This document shows, one piece after another, positions 11,701-25,226 of a stretch of 64,000 nucleotides of DNA. The notes below the pieces were generated by a model that saw nothing but the letters and a program-made list of their open reading frames with translations, was not told the DNA's origin and made no database searches. Positions within the stretch are counted from its first letter, which is position 1, and the number at the start of each line of letters is the position of its first letter. Source of the stretch: Catajapyx aquilonaris (taxonomy: Eukaryota). The translations under genes were made by a program, and so were the position numbers. The stretch covers positions 62,001 through 126,000 of the forward strand of contig KZ538494.1 in assembly GCA_000934665.2 (NCBI GenBank), given 5' to 3'.

Positions 11701-14700
11701 ATAATAGCAGGATAACTTCAAAAATATTTAAGTTTAAAGTGTGACATGTCTGACTAATCGCAGTGCTATAGGGTGTTAAAATTCGGAGTATTTTTATCCA
11801 CTCATTCCCGTGACTAGGGGCTGTAACGTCTTTCAAGTTAGCTTAAGTGGGATTGAAAGGATAAAATTGGAGTTGAATTTTGACGCGCACTGCATGAATT
11901 ATACAGCAGCTGCTGAGCAGAGCGCCTAAATCGAGGGAAACACTGATATGAATGTCCCTTTTCTGGCATCCGTACTTGCTTCGCTGATGAGGAAATCTTC
12001 ATCGGCATAAATGAAATAATGTAATGCATTAGGAATTGATTGACGAAGACGTGCACATGCTTACAACGCCTCAAATAGTCAATAAATTGTAATGATTCTG
12101 CATATGATATGGTGTCTGTAAAGCCAAAATAGAAACATTACACTATGATGTTTCACTATACAGTGAATATCGGCACACTCCAGATGGTATAAGAAAATAG
12201 GTAGGGACGTGCAATATGTTGTGGGGATTTGCTGATTGGCACACACACAGCCAAGGAAAAGAGGATGATGTGGTTTTTCTCCTTGAATGGCGCCAGGATT
12301 TCTCTTAGGTTGCGAGCGACAAAGTACTACATAGAAGTCGTAGAGGCCCAAGATGCGGCAATTCCGGCCAGAAAAACCCCTCCCGAAGGAACCTCCTTTC
12401 CCTGAATGGAAGGGACCCGGGTCCATTCCACAAAGCCTATACAGCAAGAAAAATAAAGAAAATAACGGACGACATGGCGAAGGAAGAATATTGGGGGTCT
12501 GGGTCAATTCCCAAATAATTAGGCTGGATTTGGCAGGGACCTGGAAAAAGCCTAGTCGGCAATTTTTGGGGGAATGGGATGGGTGGGCCAACATGAAGAT
12601 GGGGCACTATTACTTACGTGTCAGGTATTGGATGTAGGGAAAGACGGAAAAGTTTGAGCCTGCAACGGAAGAAGGAAAGATGTCTGGTGTGTGGTTTTCC
12701 TCGTCTGCTGGGCGTCCGTGGATGACTCCAGAAACGCGTCATAACCCGATCCACCTTCCCAGGCGCAAAATCCGATCCCAAATTCCAATTGGATCCAGGG
12801 TTTTTAGCCTATCCCTCTCCTTCCAAAATCCGGCTAGCTATACAATATTCATGCGACATGCTGTACACGAGCACACACCATGCACTGTAACGTGTTTGCC
12901 GAAATAGCTGAATGGATGGATTCAGACCAGGACATCGCCTCCGTCTCGAAGCCATGCTCGGAAACTCTCTGTTAAATCCATCGAAGTAAAATAGCAAGCC
13001 GAGTGGGTAAACATGAGGCTGGGGCCGGGTAGTGTTGGAGAAGAGCGCAAACGAATACATAAGGTCGGAGGGGGTTGTGTGTGGAAAAGGACCGAGTCCG
13101 GCCGGCGGAGCCTCGTTTCAGGCCCCGGAAAAGCCGGGCCGCGACAACTGATCCATTATTCACGACCTACAGGCTGCAGCGAAGATTAAACTCTATCAAC
13201 TGTTTGATGGCAGCGGGTGGCAGCTGCGCAAATAGTGACAGTTCCGCAGGCAGCTAATCATCGTAAATTTGGGCGGCCCAATATGGGCAATATTGCGGGA
13301 ACCGACCTGCGCACCGCCTCCAACCTGGGGGTTGCTGTGTATATATAGGTCCTGTATATGTAGTGTGAGAAGAGGAATTCCCGCAAGCCATTGCAAGGCG
13401 CTTCACGCGTCCACCCTATACACCTAGCTCCCAATTGGAAGCGAGGAAGCAGCTCAAAGGCCCCGGCTTGCCTCATTTCCATTGCATTGCTGCGCCCCAT
13501 ACAGTACAGCCTGCGGAATCAAACCGGACCGCAAGGGACCATCTCCCTCGCCTTTAATTAATGCCCACCCCCGCCCATACCTGAATTTTTGCCCCCTTCC
13601 CAGCTTCCACTCCAATTAAGCAGTCCGGGACCCTCCCCTTGCCTTCATCTTTGGACCAAAGGCTGGGGTCATCACACGGATCCGATATACGGTATATTCC
13701 CAACGCATACGGCTCGGGAGAGATAAGAGTGCGGAACGCCGAGTAAATCTTGAGAGGGCTCTCTCCCCCTCCTTGCTCCTGGAAAGCCCACTCGGCCCCT
13801 CATCTGGGCGGAAAATAAATTCCGGCCAGCCCGCATGCTGTTTGCTAAACGGTTGTCGGCGGCAAATCCGCGATCCGCCAGACATGAAAAGCAGATAATC
13901 CGGGCCGCCCTGAATAATTCCCGCCATGTTCCCCTTTTGTTTGCGTAATTTTAAGGCGCCGAGGGGAACAAGAGGCTCGATTTCGCCGCCGGCAAATGAC
14001 GCCGCCGAGGCTCCTTATTGCGCCGCTTTTAAATTTAATTAATGGAGATTGGACGCACAGCTGCTGCACCGCCGCTTTGCAAAACTTCCAGCTCTTCCGA
14101 CAGACGTATCTGACGTTCCTCGACTCATCACCTGCCCGATGGACGACAACTATAGGTATACGTCCCAAACAATGCACGTCTGCCGTCAGATCAGATTCCA
14201 CCCAGCGTCGTTTTCCATCCGCCAAACATTAAATAGGAATGGACAGAAGAGCTGTCAGTCATAGTCGCATTTGCATAATTCTGTCATTAGGCATTCCTGT
14301 GAAACTATGTCCATGATATTATGCTTACTCCACACCCAAGTGCATTATTCATCGCACAACATTATCTTTTCTGTGTAGCTAATCCCAACTGGTGCTGTTC
14401 CCACGGGAACCACTGACAAGTGAACAAGCCCCAATGCCACTGACTGACTCGGCTCCCATGTAAGCTCGGTACACACACTATACGTACAGGCTTCCCGAAA
14501 ATATAGACGTGACACCATTCATATCCATATGGCTTCCCCATAACGTATCGCCAACAAGATCCTAAAGATCACGATCTGCACATGTAAAAACAAGCATATG
14601 CATATGAGTATGTATGTGTCGCCTTGTCGACCCCATCAGAAAAATTTCTTGAGAACTGAAAACGCTGTCTTGTGGATCTAAAGTGAGCAGGAGCCAGGTG

Positions 14701-17700
14701 CAGGAGTTGCCGTAACCAACTTTCTGGTGCAAGAGGGAAATGAGGAAACATAATTACGTCCCACGTCAAACCTGTGGCTTTTAATAAAAGCGGAGCAGTG
14801 ACCTTGACCGCCTCAGTTCAAGGAAGAACAGCCACCTTCATCGACACCGCAGCCCAAATATTTAAAAAGTTGGCGACATCCTGAAACACTCCCCAAATTG
14901 AGGCACATTTCTGGCACAGTATGGTGTGGCCTGCCATAAACCATTTATTCTGCGCATAATCCGGTCGTAAGAATTAGCTACGTGTCCGTGCCCAGATCTC
15001 AAGATGCGCCAAAATATGAGACGTATTTCCGCGCGATGGTTCCTATTATTCAAGCTTATAATTACAATAACGCTGGAATTACCACCAATAATGACATTAA
15101 AGACGGTAATAACACTCTTGTTGCAGTTGTTAATCACTCCCCAGAGGATATCTGTGATTTAACGAGTGGATGAGCTTCGAGGTGGGAAGGAAGGAAAATA
15201 ATCGATGCTCGGGACATTACCAGATTAGGAAACCGCAAGGACGGGGGTGTCTACAAAGTGATCACTTCCAGCCATTCCTTCATTAATCACATTCTTGCGC
15301 ATAATGCCTCCATACAGAGGCTTCCAAGACGACGCTGACTCTTCCTATAAACGACACTGATTGATATTTGATTCCTCTGCGGCTGCCACGGTCCATAATT
15401 CTTCGTCGTATCGGAAAGCGACACCAGCCGCACTAATTTCGCAAAAGCTCAGGTGGAAATTAAATTGAGTAACGTAATACTCCTCGGTGAAATATACAGC
15501 ATTGAGAGAAATGAAACTGAGAGTACATACTCTAACAACTTCCAGTGTGTTTAAACCGCACTGTACCGGAGTCAAGAAAGAGCTTTGAGATAATTTCTGC
15601 TCCTGCCTGCATAATCCGAAGTCCGGGGAGAAATTAGATTATTAGGCGTTTAGCCCCGTCAGCCTTTGACTCTGATAATCGACATTTAATAACAATTCAT
15701 TAGCCTAATTAATGACACTCATTTCTAATTAATGAACTGATTTAGGAAAACGGCAACTTTCAGGATTCCGCCTTGTTATTTAGTTAAGAAGCGCTTTTAG
15801 GAGTGTAATGAAGTGGTTAAAAATTCGTCGTTTAAAATCACGATAGCGGCTCACTTATGTCAACACAATGGGGAACGATAACAAGATCGAATAGAAGTTA
15901 ACAACACTGCATTCTACATTACGGCCTATTGTCTAGATACTTTGATAATGGAACAATAGTTTATACGCCTGCACTCGCAATTACCCACTCTTTGTATCAT
16001 TAATTTTACAATCCATTAAAATTAAAAGTGGCCTTTTTCACAGTTTCATGCAAGTTCCATGCATATTATTTAAAACAAATACTGCCTTCCTCAGCCAATA
16101 CACTATTTAAAGCACAGTACAGTGCTTGAATAATTATCTCAACTCCTTACTTGAGCCGTATTTGTGCAGACAAATATAAAAGGAAGAAAAATATATCTTA
16201 TCTACATTTCGGTTGAGTTAATATTAGAAATAAACTAATAACGCATCTCTAAAACCTGTCAACTGTACTGGAATATCCTTAAGCAACAGTGTTAAAATGG
16301 CTGAAACGGTCAGGTTATGCCACCCAAAGTATGTAACTGCGCTGCTGTACGCAGATTCGATCAAAGTAAAGGGCGTATCGCCTGAAGCACGATGGCTAGT
16401 ATGCACAGTATAAATCACCGCGGTGTGATGAAATAACACTGTGATTTACTTGATATGTTCAAATTCGAATCGCCTGTGCAGGCATTTCTCTCACGCTTTG
16501 TCAACAGAAATCAGTCGGTCGTGCAAACAGCGAAATGAACCATAACACTGCCCCCCCCCCCCCCAAAAAAAAAGAGTTGCATATATCAACTCTCTTATTT
16601 AGAGTCAGGCCATTTTTTCGCCGCCAACATTAATTTTTCAAAAGTCACATTTAATTACTAACGAGGTCAGTTGGTTGCAAGTATGCAACTCGCAAAATTA
16701 ACAACACTTCAATGAATAACGGGATTGGATAATATGATTTTATACAAGCTTTGTTCACACAGCGGCCACAGTCCCGGTGTGAATCCTGTTGCAGGTTAAT
16801 ATTCATGTTTTCACCTGGGAACAACAGGGAATATAATTTAAAGCTACACTGAACAGTTTAAACGGCTCGTCTGTCATATTGACGCAGCTTCACCTCCGCG
16901 AAAACATTGACGCAGTTTCTCCTTTTCAAACTAAAAATACGCACACGCCACATAATTACGACTTCAAAAATTCTGTCTGTTGATTTTATCAAGCAGTTTT
17001 AAAAATGTAGTTTATTTATAACAGGGTGGCTAGGCTCTCTAAAGAAATCTAACATGATGCCGCGGAACTTGTACGCCGTACAAGGCGGCAATCCGTTAAA
17101 CAAGAGAGGAGCAAAGGTTGTCTAACTTCCAGGATGAAAGTGACCTTGTACCATTTCCCAAAGGCGCCCTCTCGCACAGGTTGTATTGTGAAGGTGGTGG
17201 CTCAATTAAATGAATTTACCCGCATGATCCTCCTTCCCCATGCACCGTGTACTTTTATCTGAACAGTCAACAGTCCACTCCACTAAAAGAACAAGCAATG
17301 CGGATGTAGCAGCATTAAAAAACCGGGAGAAAAAAACACCCACATTTACGCTCAGAGCAAAACGAATTGCTACGAACCACAGTTCCATCAAAGTACATGT
17401 GGGTCTTCATCCCGTGCAAGCTGTGGCTATATTCCTGCATCACTCATTATTATTTGGCACTTGACAGACTTCCATCGGTAGACATTTCTCGGTTCTATTT
17501 GTAGGATTTTCCTGCTGTCTCCAGAGAAGGACTGAACGAAAGCTGAATTCACTACTGCTCGTGGAAAACAAATATCGACTGAGATAGAGGCAAAAAACAA
17601 TCATATTTGTATCTCACTCGACACAAGCCTATAAAGGTAACGTCGGTAAAACAGAAACCAGACAGAGAAAAAAAAAAAAAATCAGCGCGACAGCGGTGCG

Positions 17701-20700
17701 GCGGCTTGCTGGGCACATTTTTCACTCCTGGCACCAACACGGTTTGCCTCTCTGGACTTTATTAGGCCTTGATGATGCCACCACGCTCCACCGATTATAA
17801 CTTTTTGAGTCCGAGTGATTTTTCTACGTTTTGGTGCCATCAAGAATACTTGCAGCTAACAAAAAAATACTACGGGGTTGAGAGCAGTTAAATTAATCAT
17901 TTTAATTAATCCCGACAATTTTAATTTCAAAACTGTCCTGTGCACAAGAGCCATACTGCGTATAACATATATTAATTTTCTTGGTTGATACCGATCGGTG
18001 CTTAATGACGCATTGAGAAAATATAAATGAAATGCGTGTGACCTCAAAATGAAGTTACATCTCTGGTAACTTTGAAACTATTCCTCTTGGTGGCATTTAT
18101 TAGTGAGCGCGATTTCCGCGCAGTAAGTTTAAATATTCAACGTGACGTTTGGACTTGCAGCAGTGCTACGGGAATAAAAATTCTCCGGCCAAGGAGTATT
18201 TTCCTGCAGCCATTGTCACTTACCGTGACCAAGAATGTCAAGACCCCTTACACATCGCTTCCCCTCGGAGATTACCCCTTTTCCATTGTAATGTTTAATT
18301 AAAAACCCCGGACCCAGTTTAAGTCACGGAGACAAACTATTACACGCTTTATTAATAACCCACGTTACGCACACTCAGGATCATACAATCTCTTACTCTG
18401 TGAGTACATTAGCATACATCACTATTGTAACATTTGTATTACAATTACAAACCTGTAAGTATAAACTTACTGTAGATTCCGACTTTTGCAAATACGGATG
18501 TACTGTAGAATGGACTCTTTATGGTAAAAATTTATCCGGCTGTACTAAATCATCCACGCGTAAGGTGAGGCATCAATAATTCTCGTATCCGCCTAATTAG
18601 AAATCCGTGATCAAAATCGGTACACAGATGAGGTTTATATGACCAATGTTCATTACAGCGTAATGAGTCGTTATGATACCATGTGACTACAGTAATGAAT
18701 ATTTTTACGGCGCCCGCAAATACTGCCGTTTGAGTGGAAATAAATCCAACGTTAAACAACCTTTGTGACCCGCAATATTTCCAGACAGCATAATTGCTGG
18801 CGCATAGTCCTGGTGTATAAATCCACCCCAGTCGCATTTCAAAAGAGCTCTCTGAAGAAGAAATGTTCCATACACAGAGAAAGCGGCGTGGACCGATCAA
18901 TAACGTCGTATGTAGCGGGCGAGTATAGATCCAACAAGTTGTGCTTCTCCCTTGTGGTACCTTTACACTTGTCGCGACCGTAAAGGCAAGAAACGGGAGG
19001 CCTATTTATGTGTGATTGGCAGCGGTTAAGGAAGTAGCTGATCAAAGGCCCAGCGAGGAGGAGCCATAGTCAAAGTAAGGAAGCAAAAGACCCCTGCTTT
19101 TAGCTCCAGATAGGGCTATAGGAGCCATACACCCAACTCTTTTCCCTCCGCCCTTCGCGTGTCAAAGGCCGGACACGCCCTGCTCCCGCGCCTAAACCCT
19201 GGTTTAGGCCTAGGTGAATCCTCCTAATAGTTTGCGGAGTGAATATTGGCCGCGTGACAAATGGCAAATCAATAACCCTTTTGTGCCCAGGACCTTTCAC
19301 TTCCGACGCCCGTTTTCCGCTTGAAAAGCCCGCCGCTCGGACATGCGGGGAATATCGGATTGCAATTTGGGCTGGCCAGGGACCCAGTCCGGATTAGCTC
19401 CGAGATCCCCCATTTGCGAAGGCCCGGCCCTTCCCTCTCCCCACGGCTCTAATCGCCGCCAACACCTATCCTACCCTCCAATCTGGAAGCCCCATCTTGT
19501 GCTTTTATAGGCACCCACGCGCCACATGCTCACTATCTTTATCCGCTCTCCATTACGCCCATCAAACTTGGGCCCTTGCCCAAAAAACCATACTCACACA
19601 CTCCCTCGTATAACGGAAAAGCATATGCTCCATGACGCCTTTGCCTCATCTCCCCAGATATGGGCCTACTTACAATCACGCCATATCAGGCGTATAAGCA
19701 GATCAGCAGATGGAGGTGGCAGACTAAATCAGCTCCCAGTCATCTTCCGAGCGTGAATAACGCGTCCGAGCGCATGCGCCGGCCAAGCCTATACTAACAA
19801 AGACAACCCCTTCTTGACTTGCGGCGTGCCAACACCGCCAGATTGACACGTCTTGCAATTTAACACCAGCTAACCAATCCCGAGTTCATTTATTGGCCCA
19901 AAAAACACGATTGAACCTCAGTTAGCGCTCACTAAAAACAGCCGTTCATTAAAATCACTCTCCATGTAAAGTGACAAAAAAAGTGCTAATAGCACGCCCC
20001 CGCACGAAGAGCGCAGTGCCTCAAAGCGACCAAAATTGGGGCTTGGCTGCCACGGAAATGAGCCCACCTCTCTGCCAGTTCCTACAACAACGAACCCAGA
20101 GCAAGTTACATGATTCGGCCGAATAACGCCCCATAAACAAATAAGAACACGCGTGTCGCTCCGGCCTGCTGCGTCCTCGGACAATGAAGTGTCCGGGGGT
20201 ATGTACGTGGGTTTTCCAGTAAACGACACACGGTAGTCCCATCACAGATGGTGCAAACTTTGCAGGGACTGACACTATAGGGGGCGAGAGGTGTGATGAT
20301 GACATGGCTGGTACTACACCAGCAGTCAACATCGCCCCCCGGTGTCCTGAGTGACGTAAGCGACGGGTGGAGATGATCCGAACGACTGTGGGGCCTTAAT
20401 TAGGAGCGTGGGCCTGCGGGTGGCAGCACACTCTGCGAATTATTGCACCCACACGTGTGACTCCATATACACCCTGCTCACTGCCAGAGTCGGAATAAGT
20501 GTGGTGGAGTTCGTGTGTACCGGCCAGGCCAGGGGTAACTCTATGTGAGGCTGGGGAAACGTGACGGGAATGCGGGAGGCCGTCTTCTGAGGGCTAGCCG
20601 TGCGAGGCAATTAAGTGCGGTGTCAATTGGAAGGAAAAAATCTTTCTTTATTGCACCCAACAATATTGCAGGGAGTCACTAACTTAACCGTCACGTTGAC

Positions 20701-22450
20701 GTACTGCTCCATCAATTACGCTGAGGCATTTTGTGAATATAACAATGCACACCCAGGGACAGTTACAGAGCCCATTACGGCAGTGACGCCTCACTGCTAG
20801 GATCCCAGTTAGGTTACAAAATAAAATCATAAACGTCATGCAGGTTGGCAAATATTGCGTGAAAATGTAGTTAATAACAAGGGCATAGTTCGAAGCGAAT
20901 AGGAAAGCACGTGCGGTATGCGGTTTAGACCCATTCCACATTAGCCTATGCGGCATTCACTGGGTGGTGATTTAGATGCAGAATGACGTGTGCGTGTTCC
21001 CATTTATCCGGCCTGGTCAATGCGCAGGTCGTTCTCCCATGTGTGTATTATGTCTCAATTGTGTCGCGTCGACGCCGATCTGCAGAACAGGCTAATTTTA
21101 TACAGGTGTATAGTCCAGACCGAGAAAGTACACTAGTAGAAAGTACAGTAGATAATTTACCACGATCTCGTTAAGTAGTGGTGTAAAGTACAGGCAGGGG
21201 TTGCAAATATGGGCTTGGTCCCTGTACAACATGAAGCGCGTGTTAACACGACTAGAACCAACAATAAATTAAAGACTGCCCACATTTCTTCCCCCTTGTT
21301 ATTTCTGGTGCCGATGTTGTGCATGATAATGTTGTTGTGATTGGTGGCGGTTATGATAGAGAAGGCAGGGCAGTGTTATTTCACTAAACAATCAAGCCTA
21401 TACCGCAGTGTGACTAACGGTTATAATCCAGAACGTGGAACGGCAGATATATTTCATTAAATGTTAATATGTGCAGGCTGGATACACATTGCCGCGCGTT
21501 AATGGGTTCATTAGATGCAAGCGATACAGCCCAGCTGCCTAATACCGTTGTCCACGGGTACACAGAAATGCTAATTCGCCATCTCCCTTCAGGTAAATCA
21601 CGCTCCTTATTAACATCTGTATATATACCAGCAACGTTACATACTCGCAATCCTGGCGTGACTGGGGAGCCTTGGTGTAACTCGATAATTCAACAAGTGC
21701 TGACACACTTCCCGCAGACTTGGCGGTAAGAAACCTTTCCAGAAGTTGCGAAAGTGTACCGCACTTTCGCCTGCACCCTAATTAAAATTGGGAGACAAGT
21801 GAAACCACAGCAGTGCCGTAAATCGCCAGGATGCCCCCTTTTCACACCAGTTCTCCCTATACTTGTGGTCTACGCACCACTTTCATTTGGGGCCCCCTGC
21901 CGTGTAGGATGGCTTTTGATAAGTGGTGCAGAGGATCTCCACCATTTTTCGCATCCCTTCCTTCTTTTTATATAAAAAAAATTTAAAGGCCGCAGCACTG
22001 GGATTGATGGGGGAACGGTGTTATTAAAAAGCTGGGTCCGTCGTTTGGAGTGCGGGGGGAATCATGTCGAACACGGCGCCAGCGCCATCTGGCCCTGCGC
22101 TACCCATTTCCCGCCCAATAAACAGCCGTAAATTACTTTTAGTGCGCCATCCGCCCCCTACCAACACTTGCATCCCATCCACTTTTTCCTCACTAAAAGC
22201 TTGCTCCTATCGCACTCTCACTACTAAGCTTATCGGCTCCTGCCAGGTGGCTCTGCAACTTTCCCAATCGGTTAAAAAATATCATTCTACTTCCCTTTCC
22301 ATCGCGAAGGCCCGTAATGGTCATGGATATTTCTAAGTATACATTTATAAACATTAGCATACATCGCAGTTCGCTCTAAGAACCTCAGTGGAAATTTCGA
22401 TGCAGCACCCCCAACACATGCAAAATTCATAGAGAAACAATCTCCGTTAC

Positions 22451-22497
22451 ACTTACCTACATGTAAAAAAAAAAGTCGCACATTATTAATTGACAAA
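22451..22497 (-). other. Candidate recursive splice site (zero-nucleotide exon / ratchet point), junction 22457|22456
   Basis: Minus strand: TTTGTCAATTAATAATGTGCGACTTTTTTTTTTACATGTAG|GTAAGTGT. T10 tract, ~39-nt AG-free zone, TAG acceptor directly abutting a perfect GTAAGT donor, on the sense strand of a 52-kb intron. Confidence 0.55.
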
Positions 22498-25140
22498 CTT
22501 TATATACGCAGACGTGCTCCTACATCAATGTTTCCATGCAAAACTAGGAACAGTAGAGGCTTTGTTATAAAATTATGTATACACAATGTAAACCGCTGCC
22601 AACACAAGAGACCGACACAAATTTCCATAAAATGTACGGCCATTGAAAATGTTTACAGAGTACCGCCAGTAGTAAAACACCGCATTAATATGCTGTTGAC
22701 TTGTCTACAGCAAACAAATTGGTTTTGGGTGGCATTACTAAATTTATTGCACTTTTACTGAGCATCTGTTTTCCTTATTGCACGATTTCCTTTATGGGGC
22801 CATTTGGGGGGTAGAGACCATTACATGCTTTGTGCTTCTTTCCATCTTAGAGGGGATGAAAAATAACCCACCCTATATCCAAATCCATACCAATAATTAT
22901 GGGAATTTCCAGACATGCAAGTGCCACAAATCATGTAACGGACGATGTGAAGCAACACCAGCACGGCTCTTAACAATGGACCCAATTCGCATCTGAAGAC
23001 ATGAATACGTAAATTAACCGAGTCGAGATGATGAATTACTCCTGTAAGGTGAATGCTGTCTACCAATAGGCCATTGTTCAACACAACAAAAGGCTTGTAA
23101 ATATTGTAAAAAAAATAAAGCATTGGCAATAACATGAATGATCCAAGAAATTCATATCGGGACAACCTTTGGTCCCTGTTTTCAAGAGTGGAAGAGTCGA
23201 TAAGGCAGACCTAACGTAGAAGTGTCGAATTCACGGATCACTTCTCTTCCAACCAAGTCTCCAAAAAATTTTGAGCATAAAAATGGCGCCTCTTCGTCAT
23301 CGATTCCTCGTCCGAATTCATGGTCCCATGGCGGCTCAATACATCTCGACAACGGCCGCACGTTATTGAAATTGCGGCCGAATATTCTGGCCCGCTAAGC
23401 CACCTGTTGGACCCTGAGCGCCAATACCCGTACCCTGCATTTACGCCACGCACATTAAGCCTTCCTCAGCTTATTCGCTCCTATCCCAACTTGCCACTTT
23501 GCATAATTTTTCCTAGGCGACCATTAAGCTGCACTCTGCCGAAGCTTATTTCAAATGGAATCATCAGGACGCAATATTAAGGGCAAATTTTCATGTGCAA
23601 AAAAAATGCAATTTCGTTTTTTTGTGCCGTAGCGACAGTCATTATTACATGTAGACCCTATTAAAGCAGACGTGACAATTAAGCTTAGGCTATTCATAAA
23701 TTCTAGCTTTTTAAAAAATTTGAAACAAGGAGTGGCTGAGTGCAGCTTCGCACTTTCAGTTGAAGTTCAGAGTATATCACAAAATTAGGTCAGCCCAGAT
23801 GGATGCGCGAACGTGAGCACTGCCTCAGGTACAGTATAATGGATATTGTGTAAGTACACTGTGCACGTTTTAATACCTTACTAAAATGATCCGCAAATCC
23901 AACCAACCGCTGTAATGCACTTTAGCTTTATCTTAAAATTGACTTTAAAATTCAACGAACGTTGCAATTTAAGGCCCAGATGGTCTTCGTATACGTAAAC
24001 CCTTCACACCTTCAATTCGACCGCATTTTTATTAGCTCGAGTAAGTTCTCAAACATTTCGCCACTTCTTTTAAGACGACTCTAAAAGACCTTTTCTGCAC
24101 GCAACACCCTACACGTCAAGGGGTTAAGCAGCCCTGAAAAATACTGCACAGCAACAAGCCCGAACGGCACTTGTCGTACCGGCCCATTTATTTAAAGAGA
24201 TGCCAAAGGGTCGTGATGCAAAACAAATAGCAAAGCCGTCCCCCCACTTGAACAATGTTGCTTTATGCAAAGCAAGTTGAATGCCATCAGGCGGTGAAAA
24301 GGCCAGGCAGGCAGATCTCTATCCGCTCGTCTGCTCCACCAACCCACCATTTTTTCTCTTCCTCCGTTAGTCGCCGTTAAAGGCGCTGTTTTCGCTCGAA
24401 TAAACCCTGACACGTCCGCCATTCTCGACGGATTCTTGGGATGTGAGGCTGAACGCGCCAAAGGGCCCTTTGTGGCTTCTTTAAAAATTGCTAAGGAGCT
24501 TGCAGCAAGGGATCCATGTCCGAGACTTGCACATTAGTGCCAGAAACGCAGGGAAAAACAAGAATACAGATTCAGACGCTTTGTTTTCTAGGAGGGGGAG
24601 GATCCAGCCTGACTTGGCAGTGGTAAATGGCAGCCCAAGCGCCCCGAATCTATAAGTGCAGTTCCAGGCCAAACAGCAGCAGCCCAGCCAGGTTAAAGGG
24701 GGGTGGTAGAGGGGGGGATGAACGTGAGAGAACGGCGCCGGATCCGTTTTCATAAAGCGCTCTTATTCCCCGAGAGAGCGGCCCAGATAAAGAGATGTAT
24801 TCACTTTGGCCCGCCCAAAGATGAATCTGAAAAGAGGGAGCGAGGAGAGAGAGAGAATTAAGCCTAATGAAGATTCATTGGGGCTTTGATATAGTCGCTG
24901 CCTCCGGTTTGTTGACTGCCGTCCGGGTCGCTGCAAATTCGACTCCTAATTGACATTAGAGCAATTTGCTTGCCCCCTAACCATGTAATTCGGCCGGAGA
25001 AAGCGCTCCCGGTTACGCCGAGCGGATTGCCTTTGCTTCCATCACGGCGCGCCTACTACGCTGCACCAAACCCCAACACCCATACCTGAGCACCCCCATT
25101 CTTGTACCTCTGCCACCTACACACTTCAACATTGCACACC

Positions 25141-25225
<85 letters not shown>
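25141..25225. repeat. Perfect (TAA)28 microsatellite
   Basis: 28 uninterrupted TAA units plus T; explains the poly-Leu ORF 25126-25419. Confidence 0.98.

Positions 25226-25226
<1 letters not shown>

Noticed and set aside
23996..24127. Possible piggyBac-like MITE (TAAA|CCCTTCAC ... GTCAAGGGG|TTAA); similar solo ends at ~25636 and ~59372
   Set aside because: Terminal match is only ~7-8 nt with mismatches and the TTAA duplication is imperfect; cannot be supported without a genome search.
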